DNA from: a virus
Virus record (IMG/VR): IMGVR_UViG_3300003886_000002
Strand: one strand, 5' to 3'
Length of the DNA: 64,000 bases
Position numbers and translations under genes: made by a program. Of this stretch, positions 16,486 to 25,883 are shown piece after piece. The notes beneath the pieces were generated by a model. It was not told where the DNA came from. It ran no database searches and saw only the letters and a list, made by a program, of their open reading frames with translations. Numbering within the stretch: position 1 is the stretch's first letter; each line of letters starts with the position of its first letter.

Positions 16486-19384
16486 CACAGAAGGACCGGT
16501 AGTAATTGACCCTGAGCTTCTCTTGCATGCTACGGCAGAAGAACGGGAGGCGTATCAGCAATACCTGATGTTCACTGCTATCGAATTGGATCAGTGGGAA
16601 CCTTGGCTACAGGTAATGGTCCCGAAGGCAGCCAACAAAGAATTTGCTAAGCACCATAAAGATTTCTGGGAGTGGCTATGGGGGGTTGAGCCAGGTGAAC
16701 GTCCGAAACCGTTCATAGCGATATGGTCACGTGGGCATGGCAAGAGCAGCAGCGCAGAGATGGCAGTGCTGGCTTTAGGGTGTAGACGCAAGCGCAATTA
16801 TGGTCTGTATGTTTGCCACGAGAAGGGCACACCGATTCTAGACCCTGATGGTGGCTCATGGATAGCGGTAGAAGAACACCCCACGGCCCAGGAACGCTTT
16901 TGCGACGGCTACGAGGTGATGCTGTGGGGTCTTCCGTTTACAGAGGTGGTGACGGCAGAGCATCGTTATTGGACGCGGCGCATCACGGAACAGGACGTGC
17001 AATACGGAAACGCGGGGCAGGCCAGGTTCGCGGACCCTAGGTGGGTGGAAGCTAAGGACCTTGATTCGCATACATGGATAGGTCTCCCCATCGATACATC
17101 TGTTGAGACTTGCCCCAACTGGCTTACATCCCCTGGCTTGTGGTGGCATATAGGGTCATGGTGGGGAAACGGGGCATTCGACAGGGGTGCTAAAGCACAG
17201 GTGCAGTCTAAGGTGCTTGACGAGTTCTTAGCGGCCTGGCATCTGGATGAAGGGGGCTATAGAGTCCCACCCCCGTGGGTCGAGAAACTACCTGCGCAGC
17301 ACCTGACACAGCTCATTGACGGGCTGGTACACGCCACAGGGCAGGTGACAGACCACGAAACCCTGATTACAAACGTCCCCGCCACCACTTTGCTGACCGC
17401 ACGGCGCATCCTTGCACGATTGGGGGTTGCCGCCACGATAGAAACGGGCAGCAGCACCTGCCAAGACGCTGTCTGCGTAAACGTAGACAGGGAACAATCT
17501 TCCTGTGTTCTACGCTTCCGGCAAGACACCGTATCTAAGAGTTCCCCATCCGGAGACGAAAGTGACTTTGCTAACCTCAATGTTTTGATCCGCGATGGCT
17601 ACTTGTGGAGCAAATTGTGCTCTAGGGAAGCGGTACAGAACCGTGTGTTTGTCCCAATCCAGACATCAACACAGGACTACATAACTGCATTTGGGCGCTC
17701 ACACAACTGCGAAACGCAGGAGCAGGCAGACGACCATATCACGAACATCGCAGGGCTCTTAGAATCAGATTTGGTCAACATCGCCTACCCTGAACTCGGG
17801 CAAAGGCTAGTAAGCAAATTCGGATCAGCCAAAGGTTGGAGACGCAACCGTATCCGCGCTTCTACAGGGTTCACAATCGACGCTATGGGACTTGACTCTG
17901 CTGCGCGTGGAGTCAAGCTAGAGAACCAGCGACCAGACTTCATGGTATTCGACGATCTCGACTCCGAACTAGATTCTGACTTATCGACACATAAGAAGAT
18001 AAAGACCATTACACGCAAGCTTCTCCCTGCGGGCTCCCAAGACTGTGCAGTCCTGATGATACAAAACCTAGTACACGAAGATTCAATTTTCGCGAGGTTG
18101 GTTGACGGACGGGCAGACTTCCTGATGGACCGCATCATATCTGGCCCCATCCCCGCCATATTCGGCATGAAATATGAAGAACGTGACGGGAAATTCGTAA
18201 TAGTGGGGGGGACTGCATCATGGGAAAATTCTATGTCTGTAGGGTCATGTCAACAAGTCATGAACGACATTGGGCTTACAGCATTCCTGGCAGAGTTCCA
18301 ACATCAGACACAGCCCCCTGAGGGAGACATCTTCAACCACATTGCCTTCGCTCGCTGCACCCACGCAGAACTACCTGTGTTCAAGCGCGTAACCGTTTGG
18401 GTTGACCCCGCTGTCACCACAACCGATCGAAGTGACTCTATGGGTATCCAATGCGACGCCTTAGGTACTAACGGGCGGTTCTACCGCCTGTACTCATGGG
18501 AAACCCGTGCCACGCCCCTAACAGCCATAGAGAAGGCTCTAAAGGTAGCGTTACGGTGGGGGGCAGACACTGTCGGAGTAGAAACAGACCAAGGTGGAGA
18601 TACTTGGGAAGTGGTGTATCACCAGGCATGCGAAAATATGAGGAAAGAGGGGCTACTCGATGGCAGCGCCCCTAGATTCAAACATGCAAAGGCATCAACA
18701 GGTCACGGGTCCAAAATCGCTAGGGCAGAACGAATGCTAGTTGACTACGAACGCGGCAAATTCGTGCACCTAGAGGGAACCCATCATGTTCTAGAACAGG
18801 CACTTAAACGCTTCCCGAGGGTCAAACCATATGACTTAGTCGACGCATGCCTCATAGGAGAGACCCCTGTAGCCACCCCTGACGGCTGGGTGCACCTGCA
18901 AAACATATCACGTGGCGACCCCATTTGGACACGCCAGGGGCTCGACCGAGTTGCAGATGTAGGGGTGACACAGCGGCATGCCCAAACCTGGGTCCTTGCT
19001 ACAGCAAACGGGATGAGTATAGAAGGGACCTGGCATCATCCCGTATGGACCGAAGAATGTGCGTGGATGCCTCTGGCCATGACACAAGGGCTGCACGTCA
19101 GGACAACCGGGCCTCAGGCAGCAACAGGCCACCCGCAACCTGGGAACGGGAAGATGCTCGACACTGTCGCGTCGCTTGTCCTAACTGTACAACCTGTTAG
19201 TCAAAGAAAAGATGTATGGAACCTTGAGGTTGCAGGAGAACATGAATATTTAGCGGGAGGGGTAGCTGTCCATAACTCATACTGGTCGTGGGCGGACCTG
19301 AATGACACGCTGATCAAACGACGTATACGAGTCAGGAGTTCTGCAAGAGACAGTCTTGGGAATGTCACTATCAACCTTCGCTGA
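16478..19384 (+). CDS. terL: terminase large subunit precursor with two inteins
   Basis: WSRGHGKSS Walker A, RGVK...RPDFMVFDD, VWVDPAVT, VETDQGG, PYDLVDA|S. Confidence 0.93.
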   Translation: MPDTEGPVVIDPELLLHATAEEREAYQQYLMFTAIELDQWEPWLQVMVPKAANKEFAKHHKDFWEWLWGVEPGERPKPFIAIWSRGHGKSSSAEMAVLALGCRRKRNYGLYVCHEKGTPILDPDGGSWIAVEEHPTAQERFCDGYEVMLWGLPFTEVVTAEHRYWTRRITEQDVQYGNAGQARFADPRWVEAKDLDSHTWIGLPIDTSVETCPNWLTSPGLWWHIGSWWGNGAFDRGAKAQVQSKVLDEFLAAWHLDEGGYRVPPPWVEKLPAQHLTQLIDGLVHATGQVTDHETLITNVPATTLLTARRILARLGVAATIETGSSTCQDAVCVNVDREQSSCVLRFRQDTVSKSSPSGDESDFANLNVLIRDGYLWSKLCSREAVQNRVFVPIQTSTQDYITAFGRSHNCETQEQADDHITNIAGLLESDLVNIAYPELGQRLVSKFGSAKGWRRNRIRASTGFTIDAMGLDSAARGVKLENQRPDFMVFDDLDSELDSDLSTHKKIKTITRKLLPAGSQDCAVLMIQNLVHEDSIFARLVDGRADFLMDRIISGPIPAIFGMKYEERDGKFVIVGGTASWENSMSVGSCQQVMNDIGLTAFLAEFQHQTQPPEGDIFNHIAFARCTHAELPVFKRVTVWVDPAVTTTDRSDSMGIQCDALGTNGRFYRLYSWETRATPLTAIEKALKVALRWGADTVGVETDQGGDTWEVVYHQACENMRKEGLLDGSAPRFKHAKASTGHGSKIARAERMLVDYERGKFVHLEGTHHVLEQALKRFPRVKPYDLVDACLIGETPVATPDGWVHLQNISRGDPIWTRQGLDRVADVGVTQRHAQTWVLATANGMSIEGTWHHPVWTEECAWMPLAMTQGLHVRTTGPQAATGHPQPGNGKMLDTVASLVLTVQPVSQRKDVWNLEVAGEHEYLAGGVAVHNSYWSWADLNDTLIKRRIRVRSSARDSLGNVTINLR
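16814..17707 (+). mobile_element. intein 1 of terL (298 aa, degenerate endonuclease)
   Basis: YV|CHEKGTPIL...VTAEHRYW...YITAFGRSHN|CETQEQA. Confidence 0.88.
18848..19276 (+). mobile_element. mini-intein 2 of terL (143 aa)
   Basis: VDA|CLIGETPVAT...GTWHHPVW...VWNLEVAGEHEYLAGGVAVHN|S. Confidence 0.92.
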
Positions 19385-19394
19385 GAACAGCAAA

Positions 19395-19414
19395 GGCCGC
19401 CCCGAAGGGCGGCC
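19395..19414. terminator. hairpin terminator between convergent operons
   Basis: GGCCGCCC-CGAA-GGGCGGCC; UUCG loop followed by UUU on the minus strand. Confidence 0.75.
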
Positions 19415-19483
19415 AATGCCTGTCAGCTAGTCACCTTAGGAGGTAACACGGCAATGCGTCCATCTATGGACCACATTGCGTCT

Positions 19484-19975
19484 CTACTGTACCATACGGG
19501 GATGACACTGCAAGGAATCTGCCCCCTGTGGCGTGAGTTCCCAAACCACAGCAGGGGCACCCGTTTGCGTCAACCTACGCACCCCCGAGTCTTGCACCCA
19601 CCCCTGATTCTTCAAATCGTTACGGCGCTTAGCCCCCGTGTTGACATACAGAGGAAGACGTTCCCCTATCTCGTCATCTGTTAACCCGCCCGGGTACGCA
19701 TTCGACAATTCTGCTAGGACAGATGCCCGCTGTGTCCCTGTCCGCGGCATCACGAAACTGGCAGATGCCTTCTCTGTATCTGTCCCATCTGTGTGGTAGG
19801 ACCCTAGTATGTTCGTCCCAGGAGGAACTAAAGCAATAGTAGATCTCAGAATACCAACATCTACCTTTAGGAGAAGCAAGTCACGGAGTGTGTCCTGCCC
19901 TAAACTCTGATGATGCTCCCATAGGTGCTCGAAACTCTTGGCTACATCATGGGCCGCGGTTCTGACGATATCCAT
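19484..19975 (-). CDS. winged-HTH DNA-binding protein
   Basis: RASVLAEL...GLTDDEI...KRRNDL...GWVQDSG.RR...AVVW. Confidence 0.7.
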   Translation of the reverse strand: MDIVRTAAHDVAKSFEHLWEHHQSLGQDTLRDLLLLKVDVGILRSTIALVPPGTNILGSYHTDGTDTEKASASFVMPRTGTQRASVLAELSNAYPGGLTDDEIGERLPLYVNTGAKRRNDLKNQGWVQDSGVRRLTQTGAPAVVWELTPQGADSLQCHPRMVQ

Positions 19976-20093
19976 TAAACTCTCCTCAAGGGTTAGGTAA
20001 CAAATCGGATGTTTCGTGTAACGATTCTTGCACTCTGATGCAAAAGTGCTCCACCGGGCACATAGGAGTTCCCTGCCGAATCGATGCCGCTAA

Positions 20094-20357
20094 TCATGCC
20101 CTGGAACCAGCCCATTTCTTAGCGTAACAAGTAGGGCATAGGTCCACAGCATCTCCGTTGGGGCGCACAAAAGCGCACTTATCAAGCAACTCGCCGCACT
20201 CCCCGGTGCATCTTTGGAGCCTCTCTAGTTTAGATGTGTAGTGCAACGGATTCTTCGATACGCGCACCTGGTGCGGTTTACCCATGAAGCGCCGATTCCC
20301 ATACCGTTTCTTGGGTTTAGGCACCGTTAGCCCGCTGCCACCGTCATGGGGTTTCAT
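20094..20357 (-). CDS. basic hypothetical protein with Cys motifs
   Basis: ORF track; CTGEC...CPTC. Confidence 0.5.
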   Translation of the reverse strand: MKPHDGGSGLTVPKPKKRYGNRRFMGKPHQVRVSKNPLHYTSKLERLQRCTGECGELLDKCAFVRPNGDAVDLCPTCYAKKWAGSRA

Positions 20358-20592
20358 ACACTTGCCTGACTGCGGACCCGCAAACAGACATCATGGTGGA
20401 ACACGGGGCGTCTGATGAACACATAGGGGTGCGACCTTCACAAGAAGGGAAGGGGCACCGTACAGGCCGTGGTTTTACACGTAATGATGCTGCACCGAAG
20501 CTGACTAGATCATCGATAGTCGCCGCCACCACTGCTAGTACAGGAACCGCTGCTAGCCCTGCGATGAACGCCCCGACTGTTCTGGCTCTCAT
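20344..20592 (-). CDS. small membrane protein with Cys-rich tail
   Basis: N-terminal hydrophobic segment; overlaps neighbours. Confidence 0.5.
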   Translation of the reverse strand: MRARTVGAFIAGLAAVPVLAVVAATIDDLVSFGAASLRVKPRPVRCPFPSCEGRTPMCSSDAPCSTMMSVCGSAVRQVYETP

Positions 20593-20789
20593 CAGGCCAG
20601 GGTGTATTTGCGGCGACTATCGTTGTAATACTTGGCGTCAGGGTTCGCTCGCACATAGCGTTCACGTGCCTCTGTTGCCTCGCAGCTACGGCAGGCCCCG
20701 ATGAAACGGCCTCCCCACATACGTGCGTTGTCGACTGTTAACGGTTTCTGGCAGCCTCGACACGTCTTGATGGCGTTGGTATCAGTCAT
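20592..20789 (-). CDS. small Zn-ribbon protein
   Basis: CRGCQKP...CRSCE. Confidence 0.55.
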   Translation of the reverse strand: MTDTNAIKTCRGCQKPLTVDNARMWGGRFIGACRSCEATEARERYVRANPDAKYYNDSRRKYTLA

Positions 20790-20848
20790 GTGTGCACCCT
20801 AACAGGTAGACATGACAGACAGGGTTGAGCGTCTACCCGGGAGACTCA

Positions 20849-21154
20849 TCATTCTATGGGAAACATTTCATGAAGCATCTTGCTAGCAGTATGCAAACGA
20901 TCTATCTGACCCATCCGGATGTAGTGGCCCACGCGCCTCAAACATTTCGAGCACAACAATGATGGTGATTCCTTATCCCACGTGTGGCTGAATGGATTGG
21001 AATTGCATTGCATCGAATCCATGCACAACGTTTTAGCGTATCCTGTCAAATCTTGGTCACATCGCGGGATATAGGTCAACGCGATATGCTGATTAGTGCC
21101 TGATGAAATATGAGGTTTAACCCAAAAGAGGGATGCTACGTCTATTTCATGCAT
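20849..21154 (-). CDS. hypothetical protein
   Basis: ORF track; HIAL...TLC...CSKC. Confidence 0.5.
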   Translation of the reverse strand: MHEIDVASLFWVKPHISSGTNQHIALTYIPRCDQDLTGYAKTLCMDSMQCNSNPFSHTWDKESPSLLCSKCLRRVGHYIRMGQIDRLHTASKMLHEMFPIE

Positions 21155-21540
21155 CAGTCATCGTCGCTTTCGTAGCGGGCGTTCATTATGTACGCAGCAG
21201 TCTCTTCGTCTTCCTCTGTCACGTCTCGTTCCTCTGCCACACGAATCAGGTATTCGATACCCCCAAGATGCCTGTTGGTCTCTTTGATTATGCCCCTACA
21301 GGTATCTGTCATATCGTCGTCGTAGCACGAAACCCATAGGTTGGCGCCGAAAGTACGGGGTTGAAAGCACAGGGCGCTGCTCGGTTCAAGTGATCCATCG
21401 AAACGGAACTGGTGGTAATCTGTGTCGTCGACAGTCATGTACCAGATGAAATCTATTCTCTGATCTGGTAGCGCCCCTGCGTACTCTACCAGGATGTCAT
21501 AAACCCTGTTTGCGTGATTCTCAGATAGTGTTGCCATCAT
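21154..21540 (-). CDS. hypothetical protein
   Basis: ORF track; coupled to next gene. Confidence 0.6.
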   Translation of the reverse strand: MMATLSENHANRVYDILVEYAGALPDQRIDFIWYMTVDDTDYHQFRFDGSLEPSSALCFQPRTFGANLWVSCYDDDMTDTCRGIIKETNRHLGGIEYLIRVAEERDVTEEDEETAAYIMNARYESDDD

Positions 21541-21576
21541 CCATCTCCGATGTTGATTGCATCTGCATAGATGTGA

Positions 21577-21966
21577 TCAAAGCCTCTTTATTCTCCGGTC
21601 GTCACCGCGCACAGATAAGCATTCGCTACATAAACAAATTGTCCATGCCCCACCGCGGAGTTCCCCAGGTTCCCCACAGTCTTCACAAATGGAAAGGCTG
21701 TGTTCCTCTAGATCAGAAACGGTCTCCCAAAACGGGTCCCTAGACCTGTCCTCTGCAACATCGTATCCAGCAGATGGGTGTGCGTAATAGCAGAGCCCAC
21801 CAAACTTCTCCTTGACCTGGTCGATAATGTAACCGGAGTCGATTTCGTTAAGGCGCCTATCGTATTCCAGGACAAGGGGTATCCACCCGAGTGGAATGCT
21901 GATCATGCCCGGCGGCACCCCTTTTCTTAAACGGGCGTTAATCGGTGAGAGGGAAGATGTCCCCAT
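21577..21966 (-). CDS. conserved hypothetical protein (QVKEKFG family)
   Basis: GWIPLV...QVKEKFGGLCYY...ICEDCGEPG...CLCSEC. Confidence 0.75.
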   Translation of the reverse strand: MGTSSLSPINARLRKGVPPGMISIPLGWIPLVLEYDRRLNEIDSGYIIDQVKEKFGGLCYYAHPSAGYDVAEDRSRDPFWETVSDLEEHSLSICEDCGEPGELRGGAWTICLCSECLSVRGDDRRIKRL

Positions 21967-21998
21967 GAGGCGACCAGACTGTGGGAGGATATGTGTAT

Positions 21999-22250
21999 CT
22001 AAGGGGAATCGATTGGTGCAGTCACAGACCGCAGCATCTGTTCTAACCTGTCCAACCGAACCATGATATCTGCAAGGATCGCAAAGTACCTGTCGGGCTC
22101 ATCCCGAACCATGATATCTGCAAGGATCGCAAAGTTCCTGTCGGGCTCATCCCCAGGGGGATCAGAACGGGACTCCAGATCCCAAAGGCTCATATACCCT
22201 CTACGTGTGAGCCCATAGTAGATGTTGTCACTATCGTATTCATCTATCAT
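21999..22250 (-). CDS. hypothetical protein with 16-aa tandem duplication
   Basis: DEPDR(N/Y)FAILADIMVR twice. Confidence 0.55.
   Translation of the reverse strand: MIDEYDSDNIYYGLTRRGYMSLWDLESRSDPPGDEPDRNFAILADIMVRDEPDRYFAILADIMVRLDRLEQMLRSVTAPIDSP
22057..22152. repeat. 48-bp tandem duplication
   Basis: 22057-22104 and 22105-22152 differ at one base. Confidence 0.95.
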
Positions 22251-22531
22251 TATGCGTCCTCGTTCAAGTCGTCGTCACAGTCCTCTGTGATCCCAGGGAT
22301 AGCGCTTATTGCAGCATTGGCAAGTATCGATAGCTGTATCAGCATTCCGCATAGCCGATTGGGGTCTATCAACAGTTCGTCGAGAATGACATGCATGACA
22401 TCATCTAAATCAGATTTGTAACCATCTGGGTCATCTGATGCCTCCATTCCCGCTATCCGCGACGTGACTAGGGTCACCATCTCCACAACATCATCACTAA
22501 TCCAGGTCATAGCCGATCCTGTCTCCTGCAT
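22250..22531 (-). CDS. hypothetical protein
   Basis: ORF track. Confidence 0.55.
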   Translation of the reverse strand: MQETGSAMTWISDDVVEMVTLVTSRIAGMEASDDPDGYKSDLDDVMHVILDELLIDPNRLCGMLIQLSILANAAISAIPGITEDCDDDLNEDA

Positions 22532-22697
22532 TATCCATAGTAGATATGAGATCGTTTAGCATCTCTGACTCATTCTCGTGTATATGCATAGCATCTTTAA
22601 CAATCCCGATGCATCTAATGCGTTCATCCTCAACTCCTGATGCATGTCCATCAGCGTGGGCGGCCTCGATGGGATCACCATATTGACAATTCTGCAT
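22497..22697 (-). CDS. hypothetical protein
   Basis: ORF track; GVEDERIRC motif shared with 25096..25365. Confidence 0.5.
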   Translation of the reverse strand: MQNCQYGDPIEAAHADGHASGVEDERIRCIGIVKDAMHIHENESEMLNDLISTMDNAGDRIGYDLD

Positions 22698-22727
22698 GTT
22701 CAGTCCTATTCCGTTACCAGGATTACT

Positions 22728-22991
22728 TTATCCTACTGTGGCATCTCGAAACACGTCACCACCCACTTTATGGGCGACCCTACCCCGGGGACACTCCGCC
22801 AACCTTCCCGCTTCGATAGCGTTTGCAAACCAGACAACCATCGTCCCCTCATCAGGCAGGTCACCCCCACAAGGAATCAGCATCGTGCCTTCATCGGGCA
22901 AATCAGCGCCACAGCGCAACATGAATAAGTGTGCCCATTTCGTGGCGTCAGTCCCCAGATCTTTCAATAGGGCGCCGTTGTCATATCCCAT
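22728..22991 (-). CDS. conserved phage hypothetical protein with internal 14-aa duplication
   Basis: LGTDATKWA...DLPDEGTM twice...WFANAIEAG; track start is 23189. Confidence 0.6.
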   Translation of the reverse strand: MGYDNGALLKDLGTDATKWAHLFMLRCGADLPDEGTMLIPCGGDLPDEGTMVVWFANAIEAGRLAECPRGRVAHKVGGDVFRDATVG

Positions 22992-23047
22992 ATCATCTTC
23001 TCCTTGACTGTTGTCATATTCTGCGACGGTCTCCATCATTAGAGCAA

Positions 23048-23461
23048 TTAGGAGAAAAAGTATTGACGACCTTTGGCACGCGTTCCACCACTTTTGTGAT
23101 AGGAGCACTGGCATCGTACAGGGAACGTACTCGATTTGGCGATACGGCAGACCCGATGCGGACTGTATGAGGCATACTCTGTGTCCCACCTGGGCAACGA
23201 GTCTGTTGCATCAACAGCAGTATCGTATTTGCAGCGCACCAGTCCATGACGACCTACGACGGCCCAAGGCAGGTGAACCGGTTCAGGTTCGATCCACGTC
23301 CCGTCTACCCAACAGGCCACCCGCAGAGGGGGGTCGGGTAAAGCAGATGCAACCCATGTCCTCGCCTCAGCGACCGTCATCCCAGCAGTCCGCGGTATAC
23401 CCGTGTCCCAGTTGATGACCGCCCAGATCGGGGCGTTCTCGACAGATTCCTCATCGTTCAT
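23048..23461 (-). CDS. hypothetical protein, paralog of 23458..23943
   Basis: GGAGG SD and ATGA overlap; WAVINWDTG...AEARTW...PHRV. Confidence 0.6.
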   Translation of the reverse strand: MNDEESVENAPIWAVINWDTGIPRTAGMTVAEARTWVASALPDPPLRVACWVDGTWIEPEPVHLPWAVVGRHGLVRCKYDTAVDATDSLPRWDTEYASYSPHRVCRIAKSSTFPVRCQCSYHKSGGTRAKGRQYFFS

Positions 23462-23943
23462 GTCGCCTCCTCCTGGTTGAGTGCTGCTGCACACGCTTCC
23501 CGCACGACCGTGGAGTCAGGGAACCCGGTAACCCCGACATTTGCCGCCATGACCTCCACTACTGCTTGCGGCAGCAGCACAGGGATCGTGTCCGGCGTGT
23601 GCTCGATGAGTTGAGCCACCCGATGAGGTGCGGTACTAGGCCGATCAATGTCCAGCCGCCTGACCTGCGCAACTGCGCCTGCCTTTGTGCTGCACCTCGA
23701 AAGGAGACAGCCCTTTTGGGCCAACACCTGCCACGAATACGGGATCGGCTCGGGCTCCGGTTCAGGCTCGACCCACTGGTGCTCGTCTATGTCCCAACGG
23801 GCCACCCGCACATCGGCAGTTCCGCAGACCGGATACTGCTGCTGGTAGTCATCCAACCACTTGCGGGCTTCTGCAAGGCCAAAATCCCTGACCTGCATCA
23901 GCCCCGTGTCGAAGTCCACCACATGCCAGTTGTTGTCACTCAT
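23458..23943 (-). CDS. hypothetical protein, paralog of 23048..23461
   Basis: ATGAGTGA overlap; WHVVDFDTG...AEARKW...PHRV. Confidence 0.65.
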   Translation of the reverse strand: MSDNNWHVVDFDTGLMQVRDFGLAEARKWLDDYQQQYPVCGTADVRVARWDIDEHQWVEPEPEPEPIPYSWQVLAQKGCLLSRCSTKAGAVAQVRRLDIDRPSTAPHRVAQLIEHTPDTIPVLLPQAVVEVMAANVGVTGFPDSTVVREACAAALNQEEAT

Positions 23944-24178
23944 TACTTGTCCCTTGGGTAAACATAGGTGGGCTGATGGTGTCAATCCGAGCGAGTACAG
24001 TGGAACGGTACCGTTCCACCACAAAGTCGTAGCCCGGGGTGAGGAAGGGGACGGCTTCGGCAGCCATTATGGCGCGCACGACCCCTAGTGTGTCTGCTTG
24101 CCCGGCGAGCCAACCTTCCTGGTAGGTGGGGAGGTTCGCCCACACGGTGTCGCTCATGTCGTGAGGTTGCTCACTCAT
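23936..24178 (-). CDS. small hypothetical protein
   Basis: Coupled at both ends. Confidence 0.55.
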   Translation of the reverse strand: MSEQPHDMSDTVWANLPTYQEGWLAGQADTLGVVRAIMAAEAVPFLTPGYDFVVERYRSTVLARIDTISPPMFTQGTSNE

Positions 24179-24398
24179 CGCCACCACCGGGACCACTTCC
24201 GGCGTTGAGTGAGCATCCGGGGTTGCCACTGGGGTTGCGGACCAGCGGAGCGGTGGGGTCGGCGACGGAAGCGACGAGGGCATGGAGGAATGCGCCCTCT
24301 CGGTCGGCCTGGACCTGCTCGGTCAAACGCCATCGGAGGTCGCGGAGCCTGCGTCGAGGGGGGCGCTCGTGTCGGCTCATCGCTGCTTCGTCACTCAT
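24171..24398 (-). CDS. small hypothetical protein
   Basis: Coupled; ends GGGDE*. Confidence 0.55.
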   Translation of the reverse strand: MSDEAAMSRHERPPRRRLRDLRWRLTEQVQADREGAFLHALVASVADPTAPLVRNPSGNPGCSLNAGSGPGGGDE

Positions 24399-24624
24399 CG
24401 TCGCCACTTCCGGTGTCGAGTGCAGGTCGTCGGACCCAAGCGGCGAGCACGTCGTCGGCTTGGCTCGGGTGGACCCCGCATTGTGCGAACCGCAGTGCAA
24501 GGTCGACGGCTTCGGTCAGGGTGACGCCGTAGGCGGCGAGGCGCTGCTGCTCGGTTTGTCGCCTAGTCCACGCGTCCAAGGCTGCAACGTGGGAGTCGAT
24601 CACCTTGGTCAGCGCGTCACGCAT
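24391..24624 (-). CDS. small hypothetical protein
   Basis: Coupled; ends GSGDDE*. Confidence 0.55.
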   Translation of the reverse strand: MRDALTKVIDSHVAALDAWTRRQTEQQRLAAYGVTLTEAVDLALRFAQCGVHPSQADDVLAAWVRRPALDTGSGDDE

Positions 24625-24793
24625 CGTCGCCACCTCCCGCAGTTGCGGCGATCCACTCGGATACGTCTGCAAAGCAGGTGAGGCAGAAATGCGCCTTGGT
24701 TACCTGCTCGTCCACATCTGGTGGTCCAAACAACAGACCGCCCGGGTCATCAAGCCCCGAGAAGCATCGGGCACACCGCACGTCAAGAGACAT
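24617..24793 (-). CDS. small Zn-binding protein
   Basis: CARC...HFCLTC; ends GGGDDA*. Confidence 0.6.
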   Translation of the reverse strand: MSLDVRCARCFSGLDDPGGLLFGPPDVDEQVTKAHFCLTCFADVSEWIAATAGGGDDA

Positions 24794-25103
24794 CGTCGCC
24801 CCACTCGATAAGCCAGCCGTCACGGAAGTTGCCTACCGAGTCCAACCTCTTGCCACGCTCGGGGTCGGCGGTGAGGGTGATCCTGATGATGCCAGAGCCG
24901 CCGCATGTGTCACACGATTCGTTCTCTGGCGGGACACTGACCGGCTCCACGTACTGCCACCCACTGCCACCACAGTCCGGGCACGGCGCTTCGATCATGT
25001 CACCAGTGCGGGCAGGGCTGTTGATGCGGCAGGGCTGAACGCTTGTCCTGCCACGGCACCACCCGCACACCATCGGCTGCTCGGGGACCACTGCGCTAGG
25101 CAT
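24783..25103 (-). CDS. DnaJ-type CxxCxGxG zinc-finger protein
   Basis: CGWCRGR, CPDCGGSG, CDTCGGSG; ends WGDDVS*. Confidence 0.65.
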   Translation of the reverse strand: MPSAVVPEQPMVCGWCRGRTSVQPCRINSPARTGDMIEAPCPDCGGSGWQYVEPVSVPPENESCDTCGGSGIIRITLTADPERGKRLDSVGNFRDGWLIEWGDDVS

Positions 25104-25365
25104 CGTCGCCACCTCCTGCGATCGCTTCGAGTGCGAGCCGGATCGCCTCGTTCCAATCCGGGTCGTCAAGGCTCTCAACGATGGTTCTGCACCTCGCCCG
25201 CTCCTCTGCGACACCTTCCGTGTGGGCGTCGTGCAGCGTCTGGCCGTACACAATGCCCCGCAGACGCTCGATCTCGACGGCTGCTGCGAACATCACGGCT
25301 GTGGCGACGATGTCGCAACGGGCAAGCATGTCCTCGTCTCCAAGCCTTTCTACGAGTTCACGCAT
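25096..25365 (-). CDS. small coiled-coil phage protein (EIERLR)
   Basis: Coupled; ends GGGDDA*. Confidence 0.6.
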   Translation of the reverse strand: MRELVERLGDEDMLARCDIVATAVMFAAAVEIERLRGIVYGQTLHDAHTEGVAEERARCRTIVESLDDPDWNEAIRLALEAIAGGGDDA

Positions 25366-25684
25366 CATCGCCCCCTGCGGCTTCGATGGCGTCGGCAAGA
25401 ACGTCAATCCTGTACGCCTGCTCACCAGACGCTTTCAGGTCGGCTCTCTGCCGAAGCCACGCCACGATCCTCACCCGTTCCGAAGCGATGCCCTGGGCGT
25501 AGGCGGTGTCTAGCTGTATCACTCGTTCGAGCTGAGCGCACCGCCTTGCCATTACATCTGCTTCGGCTTGCAGCCGTTCGATCTCGACGGCGGCTCGTAC
25601 GACCGCTTGCGCCGTGTGGACCAGCCCGTCATCGGAGCACTCTGCTGCGATCTCTCGTAATGACTCCACCATCTCGTCACCCAT
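25358..25684 (-). CDS. small coiled-coil phage protein (EIERLQ)
   Basis: Coupled; ends AGGDDA*. Confidence 0.6.
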   Translation of the reverse strand: MGDEMVESLREIAAECSDDGLVHTAQAVVRAAVEIERLQAEADVMARRCAQLERVIQLDTAYAQGIASERVRIVAWLRQRADLKASGEQAYRIDVLADAIEAAGGDDA

Positions 25685-25883
25685 CGGTGGCTTCCCCTCG
25701 GTCAGCCCGGATCTCATCACAGAAGCGGATCTCACCCTCGTCGGGATCTGTGCAATCGCCGCACCGACAGCATGTTCTGCCGTCCCCCCAGCACGCACAA
25801 TGACCCACGGTGGTCTCGTCGTAGCAGGGGATCAGACCCTTGCCGTCGCACCACCGGCACGTTGTCCACACCTGCTCACTCAT
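25677..25883 (-). CDS. small Cys-rich protein
   Basis: CRWCDGKG...CAC...CCRCGDC. Confidence 0.6.
   Translation of the reverse strand: MSEQVWTTCRWCDGKGLIPCYDETTVGHCACWGDGRTCCRCGDCTDPDEGEIRFCDEIRADRGEATDG

Noticed and set aside
16814-17707. Hidden out-of-frame nuclease in the other inteins
   Set aside because: Alternative-frame ORFs in terL intein 1 and helicase inteins 1 and 3 show no nuclease motifs.
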